This document shows, in pieces, positions 14,931 to 24,036 of a stretch of DNA of 35,258 nt (position 1 is the first letter of the stretch; each line of letters starts with the position of its first letter). The translations under genes and the position numbers were made by a program. Origin of the DNA: a virus; the IMG/VR virus record IMGVR_UViG_3300031566_000192, positions 1 to 35,258 of that record; one strand, written 5' to 3'. The notes beneath the pieces were generated by a model, which searched no databases, was not told the origin of the DNA, and worked only from the letters and a program-made list of their open reading frames with translations.

Positions 14931-14937
14931 TACAATA

Positions 14938-14966
14938 ATTGTACGGACAAAGATTCACTTTTGAAA
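14938..14966 (-). promoter_or_regulatory. Promoter candidate TTTCAA-17-TACAAT for the RHH operon (leaderless geometry)
   Basis: On the minus strand, TTTCAA is the complement of 14961-14966, followed by a 17-nt spacer and TACAAT (complement of 14938-14943). The RHH ATG at 14930 is the 8th nt after the -10, with no SD. Confidence 0.5.
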
Positions 14967-14989
14967 GGAAATTTTTTTCCATATATACT
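14961..14989 (+). promoter_or_regulatory. Promoter candidate TTGAAA-17-TATACT for the tail chaperone/tape-measure operon
   Basis: TTGAAA at 14961-14966, a 17-nt spacer, then TATACT at 14984-14989. The leader carries AGGAG upstream of ATG 15011. Confidence 0.6.
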
Positions 14990-15010
14990 ACAATAAAAAA
15001 AGGAGAAAAC

Positions 15011-15508
15011 ATGGAACTTGAACAACTAATTCCCGAACGTGCAACGATCGTCAAGACGATTGAGGGCGAGGGCGAAACAAGAGAACTTGAATTGAACTTT
15101 CGACCTTTCAACCTTGAGGATGAATCTTGGTTGAAACGTGCATATGGTGACGATCTCAAAAAACATTTTGAGCAAATGGACATGGAGGTCATTTCAAGAG
15201 TTGCTTTTCACCAATTGGAACTTGACTCAAAACGTGAGGTCATGAAATTAAAATTTTACGACATGGACGAGGATTCGGGCGAGGAGAGTGAAGTCTCAAA
15301 GACTGGCCCTCAAAAGATTCGTCAAATAATTGCCGGGCCGTCGGCACAAATGGAACTTTTGACCGCATTGTTGAAAACGAGAGGATTCTCAATGCCGATT
15401 CTCGAGGAACTTGGTGTTCACCTGGAAAATGAGGTTGAAAAAAAATCGCCGGGAAAGCAGAAAAAGGCCCGCAAAATGAAGTCAATTGGGCCGAGGTCTT
15501 TGACGTAA
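15011..15508 (+). CDS. Tail assembly chaperone (G-like, zero-frame product)
   Basis: ATG 15011 follows AAAGGAG. The protein is acidic, lies immediately upstream of the tape measure, and contains the slip site. Confidence 0.8.
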   Translation: MELEQLIPERATIVKTIEGEGETRELELNFRPFNLEDESWLKRAYGDDLKKHFEQMDMEVISRVAFHQLELDSKREVMKLKFYDMDEDSGEESEVSKTGPQKIRQIIAGPSAQMELLTALLKTRGFSMPILEELGVHLENEVEKKSPGKQKKARKMKSIGPRSLT

Positions 15509-15792
15509 TTGCGTCGGAGTACGGTTGGACTTTTGACGAGTTCAAGAAACTCACTCTCCGAACACTTCAAAGTTGTTTGGACATGATTGAGATTCGAACT
15601 CACAATGAATACGCAAAACAAGCGGCGTTGCATGGAGCGAAAATCGACTTCAAGCACGTCAAAAGAAAATTCAAAGAACTATCCGACGAGCAAAAAATCA
15701 TGATGGCAAATGTTTCTCGTGCCGCCGCTCAAAGGAAAGTTCAAGAAAAAGCCGAACAAGCAAGGAAAAAGAATGGCATCAACAACAAGTGA
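15011..15792 (+). CDS. Tail assembly chaperone GT-like fusion made by a -1 frameshift at 15439-15445
   Basis: The -1 frame is closed by TGA at 15436-15438 and opens exactly at the A8 run. It then reads KKIAGKAEKGPQNEVNWAEVFDVIASEYGWTFDEFKKLTLRTL... through to the stop at 15790-15792. Confidence 0.7.
15439..15445 (+). promoter_or_regulatory. Programmed -1 ribosomal frameshift heptamer A_AAA_AAA
   Basis: The zero-frame codons are GAA AAA AAA TCG. See the GT feature. Confidence 0.72.
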
Positions 15793-18622
15793 ACTCATAG
15801 TCAAGATCGGTGCAAACGCCGATCAATTTGCGTCCGAACTCGAAAAGGTTGGATCAACGACAAAGAATCTTGAAAAAAATCTTGCGACGGTTGCGAAAAT
15901 ATCCGGTGCCGCATTTGCCGCCGGAACCGCAACGATTGCCGCCGCAACAATTGCGGCCGGAAACTTTGAGGACAAGTTCACAAACGTTGTCACACTTTTG
16001 GACAAAGGTTCATTTGCCTCGAAAAGTCTTGAACAAGGAATTGAGGGACTCAAAAAAGGAGTCATTGAACTTGGTCAAGAAACGGGAGCGTCATTCGAGG
16101 ATTTGAACAAAGCATTGTTCGACTTGATTTCATCGGGTGTCCCGGCCGAGGAGGCCATTGACACTTTGAGAGTCACAACTCAACTTGCGGCCGCCGGTGC
16201 AACGGACACGGCAACGGCCGTCCAGGCATTGACCGCAACCATGACATCATTCGGCGAAAGTGCCGGAACCGCCGCCGAGATTTCCGAAAAGTTTTTCACC
16301 GCTCAAAAGTTTGGTGTCACAACGGTCGGTGATCTTGCAAGTGAGTTCTCAAAGGTTGCCGGAACCGCAAATTCACTTGGGATTTCGTTTGACGAGGCCC
16401 TCGCATCACTTTCGGCATTGACCGCCGACGGTGCGAAACCAACAAACGTCGCCGCAACACAATTGAAAGCAACGTTGACAAGTTTGATCAACGTTCAAAA
16501 GAACTTGTCGAGTGAATCGCAAGCAATACAAGAGGCCTTGAGTCTCCAAAATTTAAAGTCAAAGGGACTTGTCGGAGTTCTCGACGAGTTGAAAGTCGCA
16601 ACCGGAGGGAACGTCGTTGAAATGCAACGATTGTTCGGGAGTGCCGAGGGACTTGCCGTTGCACTTTCATTGACCGGAGCACAATCGGAACTCGTCAAAA
16701 AACAAATTGCCGAAATGGCCGACGAACAAAAACGTGCCGCCGTATTTGCCGACGCACTTGCGGTCAAACAAGAAAATTCAAAAAAAGCATTTGAGAGATT
16801 TTCGAGGGTGATCGAAACCGCCGCAATTGTACTTGGTGAACAATTCGCACCAATCGTTGCGAAAGCCGCCGAGTTGTTGGGAGAGTTTTTCAAAATACTT
16901 GTAAACAATCCAGTTCTCGCAAAAACCGCCGCCCTTGTCATTGGACTTGGAACGGCACTCGCCGGAATTGCCGCCGCCGGTGCACTTGCCGCAACCGCAT
17001 TTTTGAAAATCAGAGCGGCAATGGTTGCCTTGAGTATATCAACAAAAGTTCTTTCAATTGGAATCAAAGGTCTTGTCGGAGCGACGGGATTTGGATTGTT
17101 GTTGATTGTAATTTCCGAAATATATGCAAATTGGGAAACAATATGGCCGGCCGTTGTGAGAATATTCTCGGCAACGGTCAACGCACTTGCAAACCTTGGT
17201 GCCGGTCTTGGAAAAATCCTCAAAGGAATATTCACTTTTGACGGTGACGCAATTTCCGAGGGAATGGACATGGCCAAAAAAGCGATTTCCGATGGCCTTG
17301 ACGACATAATTGACGCCGTCAAAGGCAAGGAGGACGCAAAGGTTGTCGTTCCAATCACGGCGAAAGTTGATGAAAGCCAGGTTCAAGGCGAGGTTGACAA
17401 GCTTTCAAAAGCCGGTGAAAAAGGGAGTGTTTCGGTTGGTGCCGGTGCAACGGTTGCGAAAGGCGACTCGGGCCAGGCCGCAAAGGATGATTCACTTGCA
17501 AAATTGAAAGAAAATGAATCGGCAAAAACAAAAGCATTGAACGAGGAACAAAAAAAGAGAATCGCACAAAACAAAGCCGCACTTGATTTGATCCAAAATC
17601 AAAACGCCGGTGCAACACAACAAGAGCTTGATTTCATCAAAAGAAAAAATGAACTTGCACTTGCCGAGCAAGCGGCGGCACAAGAAAAAAATCAAGCGGT
17701 TCGTGATAGTGAACTTGAACTCATTGCCGCTCAACGTGCGGTGCTACTTGAGGAGGAACGTGTTTTTCTTGAGGAAAAACGAGCAATTCAAGCCGAGGAT
17801 CGTGAAACAAAGGCCGCATTGAACGAGGAACTCAAAGCACTTTCCGAATCGGAACGTGCCGAACTCAACCAACAAGAACTTGATCAAATTCAAGCTCAAA
17901 TTCTCTCCAAAAGAGAGGTTGAGGACTCGGAGGCGAAAAGAAAACTCGACTTTGAAATCAAAAGACGAAACCAATATTTGAAAGATGAAAAACAATTCGG
18001 AAAAACATCGGCCGAGATCAACAAGTTTCTTTCAAGTGAAAGCGTTCAACTTGCAAAACAAAGTGCAAACGAACTTGTTGGACTGGCCCAATCTAAAAAT
18101 AAAACGCTCGCAAGTATAGGCAAGGCCGCAAGCGTGACACAAATTGCGATAGATACTGCCACAAATGCGGCGTCAATTTTCGCAAAACTCAACGCACTTT
18201 TTCCAATCCTGGCACCTGGAATTGGTTTCGCCGGTGCGGCGGCAATCACCGCATTTGGTGCCGAAAAAACCGCAAACGTTCTCGCCGCAAATGAGGGGGG
18301 ACTTGTCCCGAGGAACCTTGGGACGCCCGGGAAAGACTCAATTCCTGCAAGTTTGACACCTGGAGAGTTGGTTGTCCCCGAAAAGAATTTTGACGAGGTC
18401 GTCAACTCGGTTGCGTCCCAACGTTCCGGAGGTTCATCGTCGAGCGATTCAAATTCCGCACTTGTTGGACTTCTTTCCTCGATTGATCAAAAATTAAATA
18501 AACTGGAAAGTCCGGTCACAATCAACGGTGACGTTCTTGACTCCGAACCTTTTGTTGATAACATCATGGAAAAAATTCGGGATGCAAGGGACTTTCGAAA
18601 CGCAACACTTGAGGGGCTTTAA
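15773..18622 (+). CDS. Tape measure protein
   Basis: 949 aa from ATG 15773. It has Ala-rich hydrophobic segments and long coiled coils, plus the C-terminal GGLVPRNLGTPGKDSIPASLTPGELVVP motif. Its position after G/GT fits. Confidence 0.9.
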   Translation: MASTTSELIVKIGANADQFASELEKVGSTTKNLEKNLATVAKISGAAFAAGTATIAAATIAAGNFEDKFTNVVTLLDKGSFASKSLEQGIEGLKKGVIELGQETGASFEDLNKALFDLISSGVPAEEAIDTLRVTTQLAAAGATDTATAVQALTATMTSFGESAGTAAEISEKFFTAQKFGVTTVGDLASEFSKVAGTANSLGISFDEALASLSALTADGAKPTNVAATQLKATLTSLINVQKNLSSESQAIQEALSLQNLKSKGLVGVLDELKVATGGNVVEMQRLFGSAEGLAVALSLTGAQSELVKKQIAEMADEQKRAAVFADALAVKQENSKKAFERFSRVIETAAIVLGEQFAPIVAKAAELLGEFFKILVNNPVLAKTAALVIGLGTALAGIAAAGALAATAFLKIRAAMVALSISTKVLSIGIKGLVGATGFGLLLIVISEIYANWETIWPAVVRIFSATVNALANLGAGLGKILKGIFTFDGDAISEGMDMAKKAISDGLDDIIDAVKGKEDAKVVVPITAKVDESQVQGEVDKLSKAGEKGSVSVGAGATVAKGDSGQAAKDDSLAKLKENESAKTKALNEEQKKRIAQNKAALDLIQNQNAGATQQELDFIKRKNELALAEQAAAQEKNQAVRDSELELIAAQRAVLLEEERVFLEEKRAIQAEDRETKAALNEELKALSESERAELNQQELDQIQAQILSKREVEDSEAKRKLDFEIKRRNQYLKDEKQFGKTSAEINKFLSSESVQLAKQSANELVGLAQSKNKTLASIGKAASVTQIAIDTATNAASIFAKLNALFPILAPGIGFAGAAAITAFGAEKTANVLAANEGGLVPRNLGTPGKDSIPASLTPGELVVPEKNFDEVVNSVASQRSGGSSSSDSNSALVGLLSSIDQKLNKLESPVTINGDVLDSEPFVDNIMEKIRDARDFRNATLEGL

Positions 18623-18625
18623 AAT

Positions 18626-19207
18626 ATGAGTTTTCCAATTCCAAAAATACAATACAAGAACACCGACGACGTCAACGGGTTCACAGCATCAACAACCGAG
18701 GTTGTTCTTGATTCACTCTCCGGAGTTGAAACCGGAATGTTTTTCACCGGGCCAGGTGTTACGATTGGGACAACGATTGTTGCAATTGATGTCCCAGGTT
18801 CAAAGGTGACATTGTCGCAACCAATAACACCAACACTCGGAGAGTTGTTCTCTTGGTTTTTTGAGCTTGAATTTCGATATCCTCCGGAATCAAATGACAA
18901 CGTTGAGGAAAGTGTTCCGGATCAAACAATCTCGACATCGAGATCGGGGTTTCGTCAATATCTCACAAGATACATTGAGCTTGAAAGGCCATTGACTTTC
19001 AATTTTCTCACAAGAGAGGAAATCAATTTTTTGAAAACAATGTTCGACAATTGGTTTTCACTTGGTGAATATGTTCGATATTTCGACGACAAAACACTCA
19101 CAACATTTGTTGAATATCAAGCAAACGACACCAAATTCAAACCGTCGTTCATTCAAGGGACGTCGGAGTTGTATTCGTTGTCAATTGAGTTTGTGAGGGT
19201 GAAATGA
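18626..19207 (+). CDS. Distal tail protein-like
   Basis: Assigned from its position immediately after the tape measure, and its size of 193 aa. Confidence 0.5.
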   Translation: MSFPIPKIQYKNTDDVNGFTASTTEVVLDSLSGVETGMFFTGPGVTIGTTIVAIDVPGSKVTLSQPITPTLGELFSWFFELEFRYPPESNDNVEESVPDQTISTSRSGFRQYLTRYIELERPLTFNFLTREEINFLKTMFDNWFSLGEYVRYFDDKTLTTFVEYQANDTKFKPSFIQGTSELYSLSIEFVRVK

Positions 19208-21000
19208 CGGCATATATTGACGAGGTTCCTCAAAAGAAAAGATTCATTCCGAACGTTGTTGTGAAAATGCGTAATATTTATTTTTCAATTCATGAACCCG
19301 ATTCGGGTTTGACCATTCCAAGGAATCAAAGAATTTTGAAAAACCTTGTTCTCAACCCGGCACAAGTTGACTTGAAAAAGGTCACACAAACAATTGCCTC
19401 ATATTCAATGCGACTTGTGCCGTCCCCGGCTTTCAATCAATTATTGCTTGACGACACAACCGTTTTATTGAATGAAACCGTCGAAATTTGGCTCGGCCGA
19501 ATTGGAACGAACATGGACTTTTCGGAATATTTCAAATTGATCGACACAAAAGTTCGTTCAATGGACTATCGTGACGGAACTTTCAACATCAAAACAAGAG
19601 AATCATTCGACCTCATGACTCGAGAGGTTTTCAACTTGCAAACAACTTTGACATTTCAAATTGATGATTCGGTCACAAGTTTTCAAGGTTCATTTATTGA
19701 CTGGCCCGCAAGCGGAAAAATTAAAGTCGGAAACGAGGTCATGACATATGCGTCGAGAGACGACAACAATCTTTTCGGGATCATTCGTGGTGTCGGTTCA
19801 ACGGCAACCGGTCACGGCCAGGGTGAAACCGTTTTTTACATTTGGGAAATCACTGGAAATCCGGTTGAATTATTGTTGCAAATACTTCTTTCGACGGGAA
19901 CGGGAGTGAACGGAACATATGACGTTTTGAGTGCCGGTCTTGGAATACCGGAAAACCTCATTGACGTTGCAAGGTTTGAATCAATTCGTGACGAATTTTT
20001 CCCAACCGAAACATATGACATTGATATTTTTGGAATTGGTGACACACTTTCGCAATTGCTTGAACTTGAGTTTTTGCAATCATTGAACGTGCGTTTTCTC
20101 ACGACTGAAAATCAAAAAATTGGGATCACCATTCTTGATCAAGCTGAATTTTCAACGGCGACAAAATCAATCAATGAAACATCAATTGAGGGCGCACCAA
20201 AATGGAGTGTTTCTCAAGACAAGGTTTTCAATGTGATCACAATGTCTTGGGACTATGATCCGGCAACGGAAAAATTTGGAACAATTGAGACATTCAAAAA
20301 CCAAGAATCAATTGACAAGTACGGTGAAACAAAACCTTTGAAATTCAAATTCAAAGGAATCAAGTCGGCGTTGGGAGGTGTTGCAATCATCAACGATCGT
20401 GTGACTCGACTCCTCGAGAGGTTCAAGACACCGACGCCGTCAATTTCGCTCAACACTCATATGGACAAGTCGCTTTATAACGTCGGCGACAAAGTTGTTG
20501 TGACATCGAGAGAGTTGCCAGGTTCAACCGGAACTCTCAATTTTGCCGACACACTGGAAATCATTTCAAGGTCAATTTCACACGCAACGGGGACGGTTCA
20601 ATTCAAACTTGCGTTCACAAGTTTCACGGGCGTCGGAAATCTTGCCTATATTGCACCGGCAAATTCAATCGTGACCGTTCTCAATCAAAGAACGTTCACA
20701 TTTGGGGCCGGCCTTGGTGATCAATGGGAAACGGGATATTTTGTGAGACTATACAACAAGACGACTTGCAAATATGAAACATTCGGAGGCGTTGAGGAAA
20801 TTCGTCAAATTGTTTCAATTGTCGGCGATCAAGTCACGGTCGATTCGAATTTCGAAACCGTAATTGATCCAAATGTTCACATTGTACGATTTGCAGACTA
20901 TGACGAAACGTCTCAAGCTCAAAAGGCCTTTTGTTTCGTCGGCCAGGGGGGCGAATTGCCGTTTGCAGACGGTGCACCTCCATATAGAATTACTTTATAA
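19204..21000 (+). CDS. Tail tip / baseplate hub protein
   Basis: 598 aa, assigned by position. ATGA overlap with the upstream gene. Confidence 0.55.
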   Translation: MTAYIDEVPQKKRFIPNVVVKMRNIYFSIHEPDSGLTIPRNQRILKNLVLNPAQVDLKKVTQTIASYSMRLVPSPAFNQLLLDDTTVLLNETVEIWLGRIGTNMDFSEYFKLIDTKVRSMDYRDGTFNIKTRESFDLMTREVFNLQTTLTFQIDDSVTSFQGSFIDWPASGKIKVGNEVMTYASRDDNNLFGIIRGVGSTATGHGQGETVFYIWEITGNPVELLLQILLSTGTGVNGTYDVLSAGLGIPENLIDVARFESIRDEFFPTETYDIDIFGIGDTLSQLLELEFLQSLNVRFLTTENQKIGITILDQAEFSTATKSINETSIEGAPKWSVSQDKVFNVITMSWDYDPATEKFGTIETFKNQESIDKYGETKPLKFKFKGIKSALGGVAIINDRVTRLLERFKTPTPSISLNTHMDKSLYNVGDKVVVTSRELPGSTGTLNFADTLEIISRSISHATGTVQFKLAFTSFTGVGNLAYIAPANSIVTVLNQRTFTFGAGLGDQWETGYFVRLYNKTTCKYETFGGVEEIRQIVSIVGDQVTVDSNFETVIDPNVHIVRFADYDETSQAQKAFCFVGQGGELPFADGAPPYRITL

Positions 21001-21012
21001 AGGAGAGTTTTC

Positions 21013-22746
21013 ATGAGTGATTATATTTGTTTAGGAACCGAGGGGTTTGTTGACGTGCCGGACACCGACGTTGATTTCAAAAGTCCAATTGACGAGTTCT
21101 TAATGACAACAATGCGAAACAATGATCGCTATAATAAGTGTAAGGCCGAGGAGGCCGCCATTTCCGGAGGGGGAAACATTGAGTTCAAAGTCAATGGAAA
21201 TTTCAACATTCTTGAACTTGGATCAAACCCGGACAACGGACTTGATCTCGACGGCGGTTTTGTTTCACAACCGGCAACACTCTCTCGTTGTGCTTTGTTT
21301 ATATTGAAACAAGGTGCCGGCGGTCAAATGACTTTCGACGTAAAAAGATCAATTTATTTGGAAATTCCAATCAATCAAATCAAAAACATATTCAACGCAA
21401 ACACACAATCCGTTGCGAGAGGTTCAGCCGCACTTGACACGCAAACAATTGTCAACGCCGAGGCAACACAAAATTCACAATTGATTTCCTTTGCATACAA
21501 TGCGGAAAATATTGAATCAATTGTTCAAATTCAAGGTGCATCACAATTTCAAATCAACTTTGATCCGGATTCGGTCACTCTTGACGAGGACATTTGGGCC
21601 GTTGGAAATTACTTCATTCTTGACGGTGCAACAATACCAGGGAACAACGGCGTTTTTGAAATTCAACAAATCAATCGTTGCGGCGGCGTCAATGTTGTCA
21701 TTGAAAATCTTTCGGGTGCAAGTGAGATCCCGACCGGAGCAACCGCAAAACCAAACTTTGCGAAATATTTTTACACGACGGCAATCCCGTCAAACTTTGT
21801 TCCCGGAGAGTCGGCGGTTTTTGCCGGTCATACCGATCCAACAAACGACGGAACGTTCGAAATGTTCGACAAGAACGTCGGAGGAAACAACTTGATTGTG
21901 AAAAAAGGTGCCGTTGCGCTTGTTGAACAAGTTGGAATTGCCGGAACGGTCGATTCGTTACGTTGGAAATATTCATTTTTGAACAACGTGAACGACGCAT
22001 TTGTTGTCGGAGAACAAGCGGTTTTTTCCGCACACACCGATCCGTTGAATGACGGTTCGTTCGAAATCAAAGAAAAAAACGTTGACTCGGGTTTCAATGT
22101 TATTGTTTACAACACGGCCGGTGTCGCACAACCTGGAATTTCGGGAACCGTCGAAACGAATCGTTTTGTTTACGCACTCGACGCCGATCCGGACGGGTTT
22201 TTTGTTGTTGGTGATCAAATGGTTGCCGCTGGCCATGACAATGCGGTCAACGACGGAACTTTCACTCTTGTTGATGTCAAATATTTGGGGAACAATAATG
22301 TTGTTGTTTACAATGCAAGCGGTGTTCAACAACTCACACCAAACGGAACCGTTGATCACTTGCAAAAGGCGATTATTTTTCGAAATGATCAAAGTTTAAA
22401 TTTTCAAAATGGAAAAAGTTTTGTTCTTGTGAACGACACCGCAAACCCTGGAAACGAGGGAGAGTTTTTGGTTGTTGATCAAAACCGTGCGGCGGTTTCT
22501 CAATTCAATGTGATTGTTGAAATGCCGACATTTGTTGAACAACTTGGTGACGCCGGTTGTATCACCAAAGAAACAAGATCAATATTCAACGACGGTGCTC
22601 AACAAGTTCAAGTTTTCCAAGATCGACAAGTTGAGGTTTTTGAAAACAATATAAATACGAGTTTACTCGGAGAAAATACAACTTTAACTTTGGACGTCAC
22701 CGAGGCACCGTCAAACATGGAAACGATCTCGGTTGTGGTTCAATAA
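21013..22746 (+). CDS. Tail fiber-like protein with five tandem ~66-aa repeats
   Basis: The repeat motif F.VG..a.f.gH.D..NDG.F.....n....N.iV.N..G....G.tGTV recurs from about aa 194 to 520. Confidence 0.6.
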   Translation: MSDYICLGTEGFVDVPDTDVDFKSPIDEFLMTTMRNNDRYNKCKAEEAAISGGGNIEFKVNGNFNILELGSNPDNGLDLDGGFVSQPATLSRCALFILKQGAGGQMTFDVKRSIYLEIPINQIKNIFNANTQSVARGSAALDTQTIVNAEATQNSQLISFAYNAENIESIVQIQGASQFQINFDPDSVTLDEDIWAVGNYFILDGATIPGNNGVFEIQQINRCGGVNVVIENLSGASEIPTGATAKPNFAKYFYTTAIPSNFVPGESAVFAGHTDPTNDGTFEMFDKNVGGNNLIVKKGAVALVEQVGIAGTVDSLRWKYSFLNNVNDAFVVGEQAVFSAHTDPLNDGSFEIKEKNVDSGFNVIVYNTAGVAQPGISGTVETNRFVYALDADPDGFFVVGDQMVAAGHDNAVNDGTFTLVDVKYLGNNNVVVYNASGVQQLTPNGTVDHLQKAIIFRNDQSLNFQNGKSFVLVNDTANPGNEGEFLVVDQNRAAVSQFNVIVEMPTFVEQLGDAGCITKETRSIFNDGAQQVQVFQDRQVEVFENNINTSLLGENTTLTLDVTEAPSNMETISVVVQ

Positions 22747-22761
22747 AAAAGGAGAAAAAAT

Positions 22762-23358
22762 ATGACAACTTTAGTCGGAGGGGGAACGTTGCCAGTTGGA
22801 ACGATCTTGCCATTTGCGGGGCCATCGACCGCCGTTCCAGACGGATTCCTTTTGTGCAATGGTGCCTCAATAAATAGGAACGATTTCGCCGCACTCTTTG
22901 CGGTCATTGGAACATTTTGGGGAAACCCGGACGGGTTGAGTTTTAGGGTTCCAACAACACAAGGGTTGTTGTTAAGGGGCGTTGCATACGGTTCCGGGTT
23001 TGATCCAGACCGAAACTCAAGAACGGCAATCCAGGCCGGAGGACAAACCGGAGATCAAGTAGGGAGCTACCAAACTACGCGACATACGGTACATTCGCAT
23101 GGTACTGTTTTTGCTTATTATACAAGCAACAACTCTAACGTAGTCAATGGGGTGAGCAATTTTGTAGCAGGGAATGGCGGCTTTAACTCTACGGCTAATA
23201 GGTATCTAAGTTTCGGCGCAAATAGTGGCCCGAGGACGGGTTTTAACGGAAATGTTAATGTTAATTCAGTAGCGACTAAAAGAATCGCCACTGATAATAA
23301 TGGTTCCAATCAATCGGTAGGCGCTAACGTTTACGTAAATTATATTATAAAATATTAG
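22762..23358 (+). CDS. Phage tail collar domain fiber protein (MdpB-like)
   Basis: GTILPFAGPSTAVPDGFLLCNGASINRNDFAALFAVIGTFWGN is the tail-collar signature. The C-terminal ...VYVNYIIKY is the family-typical ending. Confidence 0.8.
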   Translation: MTTLVGGGTLPVGTILPFAGPSTAVPDGFLLCNGASINRNDFAALFAVIGTFWGNPDGLSFRVPTTQGLLLRGVAYGSGFDPDRNSRTAIQAGGQTGDQVGSYQTTRHTVHSHGTVFAYYTSNNSNVVNGVSNFVAGNGGFNSTANRYLSFGANSGPRTGFNGNVNVNSVATKRIATDNNGSNQSVGANVYVNYIIKY

Positions 23359-23367
23359 GGGGTTTTT

Positions 23368-24036
23368 ATGTCTATAGCTTATGGGTTCAACGAAAAAGGG
23401 TATTTTACAAGTCCTATTCCGATGCAAAAAAACCCTTTCAAACAAGGAGAATATTTGGTTCCATCAAACGCAACATTGATCGAACCTCCGGACGCTTCTA
23501 GCTATTCAGCCGACAAATTGCCTTTGTTCAACGAGGATTCAAAAACGTGGGAACTTGTTGACTCTCCGGCAAAAATCGCCGATGACAACGCAAAACTTGA
23601 GGTTGTGAATGATTGGGGCGTTTGTTTGTACGAAAGAGATTCAAGCGGAAACGTTGTTTTGCGTGATGTTCAAGAGGTTGATTCGGAAACAACGCAAATT
23701 TCAACTCAATTCAACAATGAACAATCGTTGAAAAACTTAAAAGAAACAATGGACGGCGCAATCATTCAAAAATCATTTGAAATGACCGGCGCAAGTTCAA
23801 TTGAAAGCGCCCAGGCATTCATGCAAGCTTTTCAAGTTCGAATTGCAAACGCTTCAAAATATGTCAATGATGGCCTTGTTGTTTTTTGTGCGACAACAAG
23901 TTTTCAAAAGTTTGACGATTTGGACACTGAACAAAAAATCGTTGATTATTATTCGGAAACTCTTGTTGAAATGGACAAGTTTAGGAATCAAAAAATTCAA
24001 GAATATTTGCAATCAAAGTCGGAACTTGGTCTTTAA
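23368..24036 (+). CDS. Hypothetical protein, possibly a tail fiber assembly chaperone
   Basis: It sits directly after the fiber gene. The N-terminus MSIAYGFNEKGYFTSPIP...LIEPPD loosely resembles Tfa-type chaperones. Confidence 0.4.
   Translation: MSIAYGFNEKGYFTSPIPMQKNPFKQGEYLVPSNATLIEPPDASSYSADKLPLFNEDSKTWELVDSPAKIADDNAKLEVVNDWGVCLYERDSSGNVVLRDVQEVDSETTQISTQFNNEQSLKNLKETMDGAIIQKSFEMTGASSIESAQAFMQAFQVRIANASKYVNDGLVVFCATTSFQKFDDLDTEQKIVDYYSETLVEMDKFRNQKIQEYLQSKSELGL

Noticed and set aside
14899-15192. 97-aa minus-strand ORF spanning the divergent promoter region and the chaperone start
   Set aside because: It overlaps the RHH start, both promoters and the well-supported chaperone gene. It has no RBS, and its reading frame differs from that of the RHH gene.
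15497-15505. CTTTGAC, the prfB-type +1 frameshift sequence, near the end of the chaperone gene
   Set aside because: CTT TGA is not in the zero frame of the chaperone ORF. The A8 run at 15438-15445 fully explains the G/GT arrangement by a -1 shift.
16495-17358. 287-aa minus-strand ORF and other long antisense or alternate-frame ORFs inside the tape measure gene
   Set aside because: They are a by-product of the Ala/Gly-rich GCN-repeat coding of the tape measure, which leaves few stops on the complement. The plus-strand frame has the expected tape-measure features.
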